Source: Salmonella phage SE20
Direction: 5' to 3' (one strand)
DNA: 24,000 bases
Sequence record: MK972709.1
This document shows, one piece after another, positions 1-8,058 of the stretch. Position 1 is the stretch's first letter. Every line of letters starts with the position of its first letter. Below the pieces are notes generated by a model, which saw only the letters and a program-made list of their open reading frames with translations, made no database searches and had not been told where the DNA came from. The position numbers and the translations under genes were made by a program.

Positions 1-176
1 GTATGGCTTGCCACTTTGCCGGTATCATAAGCAAAGGTAGTAACCTGCAAAGCGTCGTTATAATTCAGCAAATCGAAATTAACTTGCCCCGCTTCGACGT
101 GATAACGTTCGCCATTAGAATAAACTAGAACGATGGAAGAAGTAGCACGATCAAAAGGAATGTTTTGGTTTTTCAT
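1..176 (-). CDS. hypothetical protein, 3' end truncated by window edge
   Basis: Minus-strand open frame from ATG at 176 (MKNQNIPFDRATSSIVLVYSNGERYHVEAGQVNFDLLNYNDALQVTTFAYDTGKVASH...) running off the left edge; same strand as the following pre-early genes. Confidence 0.6.
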   Translation of the reverse strand, partial: MKNQNIPFDRATSSIVLVYSNGERYHVEAGQVNFDLLNYNDALQVTTFAYDTGKVASH

Positions 177-212
177 GTTTATGACTCCAGATTATTTAAT
201 TACGGGATTAAT

Positions 213-470
213 TTATTTAATTGCAATTGTTAATTGATACGGCGTTAATTCGCCGTTATTAGTAATACTTTGATCATCTAACCATTCCATAAAGTCAGAA
301 TAATCATTAAACGTTAATACGTCATTATCACGGGTATCAACTGCAATAATACAACCTGTATTTGTCGGACTAGCCAACATATAATCGAATTGGTATACCT
401 TGCCGCACTCCATATCATCCGGCGTTATATACTGCTTTTTATCCAGCGTTTTAGGTAATACAATATTCAT
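213..470 (-). CDS. hypothetical pre-early protein
   Basis: 85-aa ORF, co-directional with A1-like gene, in tight operon spacing. Confidence 0.65.
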   Translation of the reverse strand: MNIVLPKTLDKKQYITPDDMECGKVYQFDYMLASPTNTGCIIAVDTRDNDVLTFNDYSDFMEWLDDQSITNNGELTPYQLTIAIK

Positions 471-522
471 TTAATAAACCTTTTATTAATGGCGGTATAT
501 TTCAACCGCCGATTAAATTTAA

Positions 523-2187
523 TTATGCAAAGAATTTACCGTTTTTGAAATCAATCAAAGTACGTTGCCCGTTTGCATAGGTAATTAAATGCGTTTGCGT
601 CCAGCTTGACGCGCCCACGTTGTAACCCATATCAAGGGAACCAGCAACGCCAGCGGTATAAACGCCGCCGTAAATGCTAGCCGTATGAGTATGACCAGTG
701 TTAAGGCGTCCCAACTTTTTAAACTGCTTAGGATTGCCCCGACTGCCGTTAATGCCATTGTGACCATGTACGCCGCATTCAATGCCAGCGATTTTAAATG
801 ACTGGTCAGTAGTCAGGAAAATAGCGTTAAATTCGCAACCTGCAACGTTTCTAAGCGCATAATCCAATACGTTAAAGGTATCATCTTGTTTTGCAATAGC
901 TGCATAAATCGCAGCGTTTAGGCTGTGATACAGTTCGGCGTTTGCGGGGTCGTCTTTAATGTTAGCGTTGCGATCGTCAAGCCAACGGGATAACGCCAAA
1001 TCATGATTAGATTCCACAATGATTGTTTGAGAGAAATCACGTTCCATAGATTCCAACACGCGACCAGTATCAATGAGATCATCAATAACTTTATCACGTC
1101 CTGCGGCGTACTGTTTAGCAAGGAATACACCACTAGCGCGGTTGTGATGGTTACGCGATGTAAAATCATGCACATCATGAATAAACTGATATTTCGGTTT
1201 AAGAATATCAAGCAATGAATTTTCACTAGCCCATGAAGCGACGGCGCATTCATCATCTAATTTTTCGGCGTGAATATCGCCATATTGTAAGCCTAAAATG
1301 TGTCCGGTAATTTCTTTGCAACCGCTAGGAGTGGCGCAAATATTCAGATCATAGAACATTCCGCTTTCGTCCATTGTTTCAAGCTGGCGCACGAAAAATT
1401 CGCCGTCGTCGTCAAATTCTACCAGCAAAGCGCCGTAATTATGTAAAGCCTCAGCTTTTTGACCTGCTTTCTGCTGAATATAGTTTTTAAGTGTAGCCGT
1501 TCCGGTTGAATACATACGGCGCACTACTTCACCTTTTAAAGCTGGCACGCTTTCGGCGGTAATTTTTGCGTGACCAATTGCCAGACCTTCAATATTTAAA
1601 GCGGTGGCAGTTTCTGCGAATCCTGAAAGCGGATAATCTGCCGTTGGCAAAACGTTAATTTCAGCCATGAAAGCAAAGCGGCGGTTATTTAAAAATACGT
1701 TTTTATCACAAACATATTTATCAAATGCGGGATCGTATTTAATACCGTTTGCCCCTTCCCCGTTCTGGAATCCATTTTTATTATAAATGAATTTACTAAT
1801 CAGCAATTCAGCGCCGCAATATTCAGCGAATTTTTCTAGACTTGCTAAAAAGTTTTTATGAGGGAAAGTATTATTTTGAATCGACGTTAGAATAAAACGG
1901 CGACCGGATTTAACTTCCCATTGTTCAATGGTACTAGAAACAATTCCCGCCGCTTCGGGACGCTCATCGTTTTTAATCGCCTTTTCAGCTTTTGCCGCTT
2001 TCGGTTTCGCTGGCTTATTTGCTTCCAACCAGTCACAAATCGCCGTTGAATGTTTCGGTGTATCATAAACAGCTTTTGAAATATCGTCGCAAACTTCCAA
2101 TTTAGTAGCGCGCAAACGCTTACCATAGAAATTAAAGTCGGCGGCAAGTTTAGTGATCTGGGACTGTTTTTCTGCGGAAATATTCAT
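523..2187 (-). CDS. A1: T5 A1-like pre-early protein (host DNA degradation / transfer), calcineurin-like metallophosphoesterase motifs
   Basis: 554 aa, recognised as T5 A1-like in size and sequence; motifs DVHD, ESNHD, GVHGH and GHTHT are consistent with a metallophosphoesterase fold. Confidence 0.85.
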   Translation of the reverse strand: MNISAEKQSQITKLAADFNFYGKRLRATKLEVCDDISKAVYDTPKHSTAICDWLEANKPAKPKAAKAEKAIKNDERPEAAGIVSSTIEQWEVKSGRRFILTSIQNNTFPHKNFLASLEKFAEYCGAELLISKFIYNKNGFQNGEGANGIKYDPAFDKYVCDKNVFLNNRRFAFMAEINVLPTADYPLSGFAETATALNIEGLAIGHAKITAESVPALKGEVVRRMYSTGTATLKNYIQQKAGQKAEALHNYGALLVEFDDDGEFFVRQLETMDESGMFYDLNICATPSGCKEITGHILGLQYGDIHAEKLDDECAVASWASENSLLDILKPKYQFIHDVHDFTSRNHHNRASGVFLAKQYAAGRDKVIDDLIDTGRVLESMERDFSQTIIVESNHDLALSRWLDDRNANIKDDPANAELYHSLNAAIYAAIAKQDDTFNVLDYALRNVAGCEFNAIFLTTDQSFKIAGIECGVHGHNGINGSRGNPKQFKKLGRLNTGHTHTASIYGGVYTAGVAGSLDMGYNVGASSWTQTHLITYANGQRTLIDFKNGKFFA

Positions 2188-2295
2188 AACTAAATCAACT
2201 CCTATAAAGGGATAAATATTAATACTGGCAATATTGCCAAATATAACGCCTTGCCTGAAGTGAGGACAATTTAAAAGGCGTTATAATTTGCAATA

Positions 2296-2523
2296 TTATT
2301 CTAGAATTGGCATAAGACTAGAACTAAAACCGCAACTAATAGCCAGCGTTAAAAATATAATCGCCAGATATTTTTGTTTATTAGCTTGACGTTTAAACAT
2401 ATCAGCGGCATAAGCTGAATTAATGCCGATAATAGAAATTATATATTTACCGTAATTAAATATAAATATAGCGGCAATAATAAATAAACCTAAAATAAAC
2501 GCTTCGCTAGGATAAAAGATCAA
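2296..2523 (-). CDS. small membrane protein
   Basis: 75 aa with two hydrophobic segments; TTG start preceded by AAAGGAGA. Confidence 0.6.
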   Translation of the reverse strand: MIFYPSEAFILGLFIIAAIFIFNYGKYIISIIGINSAYAADMFKRQANKQKYLAIIFLTLAISCGFSSSLMPILE

Positions 2524-2542
2524 GATTATTCTCCTTTAAGGG

Positions 2543-2566
2543 TTAGCGGGGAATATTCCCCGCTAA
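2543..2566. other. perfect 24-bp palindrome (intergenic hairpin)
   Basis: TTAGCGGGGAATATTCCCCGCTAA between two minus-strand genes. Confidence 0.8.
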
Positions 2567-2573
2567 TTAAAAT

Positions 2574-2990
2574 TTATTCACCTGCGGCCTGTTTTACTTC
2601 CTCCGCTACGCCTAACAATTGCGCTACGACGTCCAGCGTTTCCAGTTTTGCACTTTCCAGACTTGCCAGATCGTCAGCGTCTTTTACAATGCCGCTATCA
2701 ATGGCATGTTTAGCAATGACGCGCACATAGTGAGCTTTACGGACAGAGCTACCGCCGCCAACTTTACGCGGTTTATCGCTTTTCTGGTATGCTTTTGCGC
2801 TTGTCAGTTTAGAACGTACAGACACTGGACTAGCAGCGCCAACGGCGGCGGCAATTTCTTTCAGGCCATCACTATTAGCAAATTCAATTCCGCTTTTAGC
2901 TACCATTTCAGAATACATAGAAACAGCTTTTTCAGTGTTTTCTTCATTCCAAGAGAATTTCGCGGCTTTTTCGGTTTTAACGTTAGACAT
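2574..2990 (-). CDS. A2: T5 A2-like pre-early protein
   Basis: Starts MSNVKTEKAAKFSW...; the track start at 3008 (MNGVFI-) is upstream of the more likely ATG at 2990. Basic, likely DNA-binding; adjacent to A1 as in T5. Confidence 0.8.
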   Translation of the reverse strand: MSNVKTEKAAKFSWNEENTEKAVSMYSEMVAKSGIEFANSDGLKEIAAAVGAASPVSVRSKLTSAKAYQKSDKPRKVGGGSSVRKAHYVRVIAKHAIDSGIVKDADDLASLESAKLETLDVVAQLLGVAEEVKQAAGE

Positions 2991-3088
2991 AATAAATACT
3001 CCATTCAATTATTAATTAAGGGATTATGATTAACTAATGTTAATCCATATATTCCCCATATTTCAGGGGAATATAAAAGTAACACTAA

Positions 3089-3340
3089 TTAGCTAATAGC
3101 TTGCCATTTATCATCTTTCTGAATGATTTTTACAACGTCGCCGGATTTAACGCGAACATTATAAATTGGCTTGCCGTTGTTACTGCGTTCCGTTTCCGCG
3201 TATACCGCTTCAATCTTATCAAAGGGATCTAGCGCCGCACCTTTAATACGTTCGGCTTTTCCAGTTAATTCATCCGTTTTAGTAACGAAAGGAATAAATA
3301 CAGATTGACCTACTTTCGGCGCGGTAATAACGTTTTGCAT
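3089..3340 (-). CDS. hypothetical pre-early protein
   Basis: 83 aa, co-directional in operon; GGAGTA before start. Confidence 0.65.
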   Translation of the reverse strand: MQNVITAPKVGQSVFIPFVTKTDELTGKAERIKGAALDPFDKIEAVYAETERSNNGKPIYNVRVKSGDVVKIIQKDDKWQAIS

Positions 3341-3525
3341 TTTTAATACTCCGGTTTATTGGGGATTATTCCACAATAGCGCCTCGATACTTTGAAACGC
3401 TATTAGATTATAATCCGCTCGCCAATATAATAAATTTAAAGAACTCCACGCGGGCCGCTATATCCCAGTTAGGGGGCGGGGCACATTATGGTAAGTGCCG
3501 ACCGTCAAATTTTATCAAGTTATCA

Positions 3526-3564
3526 CTCTTTAAAAAACTGGGGAACATCTTAAAACCTATCGGC
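3526..3564 (+). repeat. inverted repeat arm flanking 3572..3781
   Basis: Reverse complement GCCGATAGGTTTTAAGATGTTCCCCAGTTTTTTAAAGAG matches 3814..3851 at about 35/39. Confidence 0.85.
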
Positions 3565-3571
3565 TAGCGTG

Positions 3572-3781
3572 TCAAGCGTTTTTTAAACTTTTTTCGATTT
3601 GATGGGAGTTATATAAATCAATCATTATATTACGCCACACCATTTCCAGCCCTTGTTGCTTGCCTTTCTTGTATTGCTTGAATCTGTATTTTACAGATCG
3701 TTGCGCTACTGTCAACAAATTTTTTGTTCTGCTATCAAGTGACTTGATAGGCTTGCCAGTGATCAAAAGCGTTTGTTTCAT
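3572..3781 (-). CDS. small basic hypothetical protein
   Basis: 69 aa, Lys/Arg rich; ATAAGGAA upstream; flanked by inverted repeats (see findings). Confidence 0.55.
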   Translation of the reverse strand: MKQTLLITGKPIKSLDSRTKNLLTVAQRSVKYRFKQYKKGKQQGLEMVWRNIMIDLYNSHQIEKSLKNA

Positions 3782-3813
3782 ATCGTCGATTCCTTATAAT
3801 ATCTAAGTTTACC

Positions 3814-3851
3814 GCCGATAGGCTTTAAGATGTTCCCTAATTTTTAAAGAG
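3814..3851 (-). repeat. inverted repeat arm flanking 3572..3781
   Basis: GCCGATAGGCTTTAAGATGTTCCCTAATTTTTAAAGAG. Confidence 0.85.
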
Positions 3852-4184
3852 CATGGCAGGGTTTTGAAAGGTCAAACAGACTGTCAATCGCTGTTATCCC
3901 CGCCGTGTAGTTCGTCATTGCCGCCCTACGTGATAAATAATAGGAGAATACCGAGAAGGGCGCAACCTTATTTTTGTAAAGAAACGTAAAGACAAACGCC
4001 ACCGCACCACGTCCAGTGGCGCACTAAATTTAATGAAACGGGCGCACGAATAACACACAAATAAGCAGTTTAGCAAGTAATTTTTTCATTTATTTCTGCT
4101 CTTGCCTACTTGACAAAATCTAAAATCCTCGTGGTGAGGTTTTCGGACACCTCCCCTTATGATGGGATAGCTTTTCATCAAAGG

Positions 4185-4214
4185 CGCTTAGAACGCGTTA
4201 CAGAGCGTTTTAGA
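4185..4214 (+). repeat. 30-bp direct repeat, copy 1
   Basis: CGCTTAGAACGCGTTACAGAGCGTTTTAGA; 28/30 identical to 8335..8364. Confidence 0.85.
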
Positions 4215-4544
4215 CCCTGTTAATAACTTATACAAAAAGCAAAAATGAAATTTAATGAGTTATCCACTTGATTTTTCAAAAAAGTATTTTCTGCTGTTAT
4301 TTTTCATTGACAAATAAGTCTGGACGTGTATCAGGTCAGTAGCACTCTAATAGTTGCTAGGATGATAATCACGCTGGTGGATTGTAACATGCGTTATCAT
4401 TAGCAGACTATTAATCACGGAAAATCCTATTAGCCAACTAACTATTTCATAATATATAGTATACACATAAATTAATGAGAAATAATAACTATGAGAAACT
4501 ATCTGGCTAAGTGAGAACCACTATCATTTAACTTATCCCCAAAG

Positions 4545-4602
4545 TTATCCACAGCACAAAATAACTTGACGTAATAGGCGACTATATGAGGACTTATCCA
4601 CA
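4545..4602 (+). promoter_or_regulatory. two perfect DnaA boxes (TTATCCACA)
   Basis: TTATCCACA at 4545-4553 and 4594-4602; near matches TTATCCACT at 4260-4268 and TTATCCCCA at 4533-4541. Confidence 0.6.
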
Positions 4603-4640
4603 GACTTATATACAGGTTATCCTACTGTATAAATATACAG
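4551..4640 (+). repeat. long inverted repeat, left arm (partner 8397..8486)
   Basis: Gapless over 90 bp; inner 54 bp (4587-4640 vs 8450-8397 reverse complement) about 46/54 identical. Confidence 0.8.
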
Positions 4641-4642
4641 GG
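4623..4642. promoter_or_regulatory. LexA-like SOS box
   Basis: TACTGTATAAATATACAGGG, CTGT-N8-ACAG core. Confidence 0.55.
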
Positions 4643-4680
4643 TAAACTGGTAGCATATTATAAGGATGTCGATTTTAAGG

Positions 4681-4702
4681 CGTCTAGAATCGATTCTAGA
4701 CG
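4681..4702. other. perfect 22-bp palindrome followed by T-rich run
   Basis: CGTCTAGAATCGATTCTAGACG followed by GTTTTCTC. Confidence 0.8.
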
Positions 4703-4889
4703 GTTTTCTCAGTGTGACCCTTATTATAATAAAGCCTTGTGTACGCTTACAGGACGCTAGAAATAGAAAACGCGCGGCTATCATAAAAACAGGCAGTAGG
4801 CAAGTAATAAAAAACCTTTTCTTTTTTCTTGCCCCTAATAAACAAATATCTATATCATTCACTCACCGATTAACGATGGGGACAAAGAA

Positions 4890-5891
4890 ATGTCTACTGT
4901 AAGAATTGCAGTACCAGCAAACGCCACCATTATTAAAGGCAGTTTGCGCAACCTGCTAGACGGATCAAGTCCAGCAAGCCTACAACATAAGGCGGCAATG
5001 GTTGAAAAGATTCACGATGAAATTTTAGACAATAATGATACTCATTATTCGGTTGATGATTTCACGCTATTACTAGACCAGACAAGGGCGCTAGTAATTT
5101 TCAACCGTGATTATCACATTTTCCGTAATAGTCGGGGAACTGATATTGATTTTATCATTGTTGGTTATAGTGAGTCTCATAGTGGTTACATTGCGCGATT
5201 ATATAACGTGCAAGAAAAAGAGCAGGTAACAGCAACAAAAGTAAATAATATCAGACTGGATAGTGTCGGATCGTTATTAAATAGTATCTGGCGTGAATTA
5301 TCATCCAGTTATAAAGGTACTGATAGTGACGCAATCGAAACAACTGGCGTATTGTGTTTTGAACGCGCTAGCGGTAACATGTTGATCCCTAACGATTATT
5401 TAGAGTATGGGAATGAATCAAACATTGCAAATGCTGGATTTACACTAAAACCAGTTGACAACGTAGCAAAACAGGCTGTAAACTCTCAAACTTCAAGCGC
5501 AAATGCGCAAACTACTAAAAATAAAGGAAATATTATGTCTAAAGTATCTTCTATCGTTGCTGCTAACAAATCTGCCGTTGTAAACGCTGCTAAACTGGAA
5601 GCGGGTAAAATTGCATTGACTCAAATCACAAAAGTAGCGGCTAAAAAAGCGCCGTTTATGATTAAAGGTTATATTGATACTCCGATTGGTCGCGTAGTGA
5701 TCGCTAACCTGTTAAGCGTAGCGGTTGACCAGTACGCCCCGACTAACGCAAAAGCTAAAGCGGTAGCAGGCGCGGCAATGGAAGCGGCAATGTTGGAAAT
5801 GGTACAGAGTTTCAATATTGCTGAAATGATCGACGAAATGGTAAAAGGTATCGATATTTCTACCTTTACCCAAAGCGCCGAAACAGAATAA
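4890..5891 (+). CDS. hypothetical pre-early protein, two-part architecture with possible internal start at 5535
   Basis: 333-aa ORF, largest of plus-strand operon. Internal in-frame ATG preceded by AAAGGAAA. Confidence 0.8.
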   Translation: MSTVRIAVPANATIIKGSLRNLLDGSSPASLQHKAAMVEKIHDEILDNNDTHYSVDDFTLLLDQTRALVIFNRDYHIFRNSRGTDIDFIIVGYSESHSGYIARLYNVQEKEQVTATKVNNIRLDSVGSLLNSIWRELSSSYKGTDSDAIETTGVLCFERASGNMLIPNDYLEYGNESNIANAGFTLKPVDNVAKQAVNSQTSSANAQTTKNKGNIMSKVSSIVAANKSAVVNAAKLEAGKIALTQITKVAAKKAPFMIKGYIDTPIGRVVIANLLSVAVDQYAPTNAKAKAVAGAAMEAAMLEMVQSFNIAEMIDEMVKGIDISTFTQSAETE

Positions 5892-5899
5892 TAACTACT

Positions 5900-5920
5900 A
5901 GCGGGGATTATTTCCCCGCT
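5900..5920 (+). other. intergenic hairpin
   Basis: AGCGGGGA-TTATT-TCCCCGCT, same stem sequence as the palindrome at 2543-2566. Confidence 0.7.
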
Positions 5921-5924
5921 TTAC

Positions 5925-5957
5925 TATTTCCCTGTTAATTGTTAGGAGACTAATTAT
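5925..5957 (+). repeat. 33-bp perfect direct repeat carrying a Shine-Dalgarno, copy 1
   Basis: TATTTCCCTGTTAATTGTTAGGAGACTAATTAT; identical to 6250..6282. Confidence 0.95.
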
Positions 5958-5958
5958 T

Positions 5959-6270
5959 ATGCAACTGAACCAAACCATGTTGGCGCAATTAGCCGAAAAA
6001 ATGCCGAATAGCCCACACGTTAATTATTCAGATGATAAAAGCAATATTCCTGTATGGGAAAAGCAAGGGCGTCCCTTTTTATGGGAACATGTAGAAAGCG
6101 CTAATAATTATCATGCTTTCTTTGATCGTGGTTATGGCTGGCTATGTATTTTTGTAGGTGAAACTTTGCTGGATTATGGAAAGGATGAAATAGTCCGTGA
6201 TGACGTAATTTTCTTGAATAAAGGATTTTACGCTGTAGCAAATTCTCTTTATTTCCCTGTTAATTGTTAG
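5959..6270 (+). CDS. hypothetical protein
   Basis: 103 aa, AGGAG upstream; C-terminal codons (YFPVNC) lie in repeat copy 2. Confidence 0.75.
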   Translation: MQLNQTMLAQLAEKMPNSPHVNYSDDKSNIPVWEKQGRPFLWEHVESANNYHAFFDRGYGWLCIFVGETLLDYGKDEIVRDDVIFLNKGFYAVANSLYFPVNC

Positions 6271-6282
6271 GAGACTAATTAT
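6250..6282 (+). repeat. 33-bp perfect direct repeat, copy 2
   Basis: Identical to 5925..5957. Confidence 0.95.
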
Positions 6283-6775
6283 GCCAGAAGAAAAATATGG
6301 CTTTTCGCTAGAAAGTGTGAATGAAGCTAAACACGATATGATCGTTTTAGTTGATTGTCATACTGGCTATTGCGGGGAGGGCTGGACGGAGGAACATTTT
6401 GTTCCAGCTGGCTGTGATCTGGACGCTTTCGCAAACGAACACGCATATGATAATGCTTCTAGTTTCGGTAGCGATGGGGAAGAAGATGAAGAAACAGGGG
6501 AATGGATTGAAAATGATAATGTATATGCGAGTCTTTATCATTATCAATTGAGTAAGTCCGGTACTTATGTAAATGGCGGCGATCCTATTAATACCGTTAT
6601 GAAACTAATTATTAAACACGGTGGCGCGGAAATAGTTGGTAACAAGGCGTTATTATATGCAAATCGATTAAAACAGCTTGTTTATATTCCTGATAATTCC
6701 CGTTGGGATGAATATGCCGTTTTACAGAAAGAACTAAAACGCTGTTTCGGCGTGGAAGCATTAGAAATAGTCTAA
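6281..6775 (+). CDS. acidic hypothetical protein
   Basis: 164 aa with acidic stretch GSDGEEDEETGEWIENDN; AGGAG upstream. Confidence 0.75.
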   Translation: MPEEKYGFSLESVNEAKHDMIVLVDCHTGYCGEGWTEEHFVPAGCDLDAFANEHAYDNASSFGSDGEEDEETGEWIENDNVYASLYHYQLSKSGTYVNGGDPINTVMKLIIKHGGAEIVGNKALLYANRLKQLVYIPDNSRWDEYAVLQKELKRCFGVEALEIV

Positions 6776-6790
6776 TGTAAAGTTTTGTAA

Positions 6791-6817
6791 AGGTCGCCTA
6801 TTATGGCGGCCTTTTTT
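6791..6817 (+). terminator. rho-independent terminator
   Basis: GGTCGCC-tattat-GGCGGCC followed by T-tract, just after 6281..6775. Confidence 0.7.
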
Positions 6818-6882
6818 GTTATAATGCCTTTACACCGAAACGGTGGACTGAAAATTTTCCCTAATTTCTAGGAGGCGTTAAA

Positions 6883-7032
6883 ATGGTTATTTTTCGATCT
6901 ATTCTGGCTAGTATCTTGGGCGCTATTTTATCGCTGTTTGTAATAGCTTTCGGCGTTCACGTGGTTATTATCGGAGCAGGTATCGCGGGGTTTTCTTACT
7001 TGTTAGGCTGTATGACTGGTAAAGGGGAATAA
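6883..7032 (+). CDS. 49-aa small membrane protein (not in supplied track)
   Basis: ATG...TAA: MVIFRSILASILGAILSLFVIAFGVHVVIIGAGIAGFSYLLGCMTGKGE; AGGAGG upstream. Confidence 0.75.
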   Translation: MVIFRSILASILGAILSLFVIAFGVHVVIIGAGIAGFSYLLGCMTGKGE

Positions 7033-7034
7033 AA

Positions 7035-7247
7035 ATGTTAAAGAATGTTTCCCTTGCCCGTTCCAAAGGTTTTAAGCTGGTGGATGTTAACACGTTCGAG
7101 CGTCCAGATTGTAAAATCGAATATGTAGCACGCAACAAAAACGCTTTCCGTGTTACAGAAAAGAAATTTGACAAGCGCGGCAATTTGGTAGCCGAAACGG
7201 TTAAACACTTTGCCACCTTTTACGCTGCGTTTCGTGGGGTATTATGA
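7035..7247 (+). CDS. small basic hypothetical protein
   Basis: 70 aa, directly after 6883..7032, upstream GGGGAA. Confidence 0.65.
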   Translation: MLKNVSLARSKGFKLVDVNTFERPDCKIEYVARNKNAFRVTEKKFDKRGNLVAETVKHFATFYAAFRGVL

Positions 7248-7384
7248 AAACTTTATTTTCTATTTTGCTCGGTGCTGCTGGTGGCTTTATTGCTACCTAC
7301 TTTAAAAGTGATCCTGCACTGTTAGGCGTTTATTCGATTTGTTTTGGCTATTTGCTAGGGAGGTTGGCAGATGGTAATTTATGA
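7244..7384 (+). CDS. 46-aa small membrane protein (not in supplied track)
   Basis: MKTLFSILLGAAGGFIATYFKSDPALLGVYSICFGYLLGRLADGNL; ATG overlaps previous stop. Confidence 0.65.
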   Translation: MKTLFSILLGAAGGFIATYFKSDPALLGVYSICFGYLLGRLADGNL

Positions 7385-7715
7385 GGGCAATCGCTTTATT
7401 ACTAATTGCCGTCCGGCATTATTAGCAAACTATTTAAATCAGCTTTCACCAGTTTATAAAGGCGTGGTTAATATCTATGAGGGCAAAGCACATTATAAAA
7501 TTTCTGCCGTTGTCGCCCGTGAACTAGCGTTTCAATTTTTAACTTTTGGGTCTTGTGACGTTCAGGTTATGGGGGAAGCGTTAATAGCGGAAAATGAAAA
7601 TGAATTTATTGACATTTTCCGCAAAGTATGTACGGAGCGTCTAATTATGAAAGGCGCGTATATTCAATCAACCGCTGAAAGTATCGAAACAGCGTTTCGA
7701 AAGGTGGCGCAATGA
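7371..7715 (+). CDS. hypothetical protein
   Basis: 114 aa, overlaps neighbours at both ends (coupled), AGGGAGG upstream. Confidence 0.7.
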   Translation: MVIYEGNRFITNCRPALLANYLNQLSPVYKGVVNIYEGKAHYKISAVVARELAFQFLTFGSCDVQVMGEALIAENENEFIDIFRKVCTERLIMKGAYIQSTAESIETAFRKVAQ

Positions 7716-7924
7716 AAAAGTTTACTTTAGTTATTAATAATCGTGTAACTATTTCACTGGAAGCGGTTACTATAGCCGGTTTTATTGCTAATCTTGCATC
7801 GCTAGGAATTTTAAGCGGATACCCTGAATTGTGGGACTGGCTACCTGATGTAAGAAACAAGGGAGGCGAATTATATGGAATCACTATTCGCGCAAAATTA
7901 ACTATAGAGAATTTAAAACCGTGA
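7712..7924 (+). CDS. hypothetical small protein
   Basis: 70 aa, ATGA overlap with previous ORF. Confidence 0.6.
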   Translation: MKKFTLVINNRVTISLEAVTIAGFIANLASLGILSGYPELWDWLPDVRNKGGELYGITIRAKLTIENLKP

Positions 7925-8058
7925 ATAGCTGGTGGCGAAAAACACAAAGCCATAAATCTAATAATACCGCTGGGAAACATTCCCAGCGTTTACGATTTGG
8001 TAATGGCTTTACAATGATATTGATAATCATTCTCATTCTAGGAGCGATGGCGTTATGA
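7921..8058 (+). CDS. 45-aa membrane protein, GTG start (not in supplied track)
   Basis: GTGA overlap with previous stop: MNSWWRKTQSHKSNNTAGKHSQRLRFGNGFTMILIIILILGAMAL, stop overlaps next ATG. Confidence 0.5.
   Translation: MNSWWRKTQSHKSNNTAGKHSQRLRFGNGFTMILIIILILGAMAL

Noticed and set aside
585-782. 65-aa hydrophobic ORF in another frame of A1
   Set aside because: Nested in the long, confidently called A1-like gene; likely codon-bias by-product.
1003-1256. ORFs 1003..1218 (+) and 918..1256 (-) inside A1
   Set aside because: Out of frame or antisense to a solid coding gene, with no operon context.
2619-3029. 136-aa antisense ORF over the A2-like gene
   Set aside because: Cys/Phe-rich mirror of A2 codons; no RBS or operon logic.
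4032-4091. 19-aa minus-strand peptide MKKLLAKLLICVLFVRPFH
   Set aside because: Resembles a signal peptide, but very short with no convincing RBS; could be checked by Ribo-seq.
4666-4902. 78-aa plus-strand ORF overlapping the palindrome
   Set aside because: Not listed as a CDS: weak RBS, contains the regulatory palindrome, and overlaps the start of the 333-aa gene. Kept only as a caveat in the palindrome finding.
6968-7216. 82-aa minus-strand ORF
   Set aside because: Antisense to a coupled plus-strand gene with good upstream RBS.
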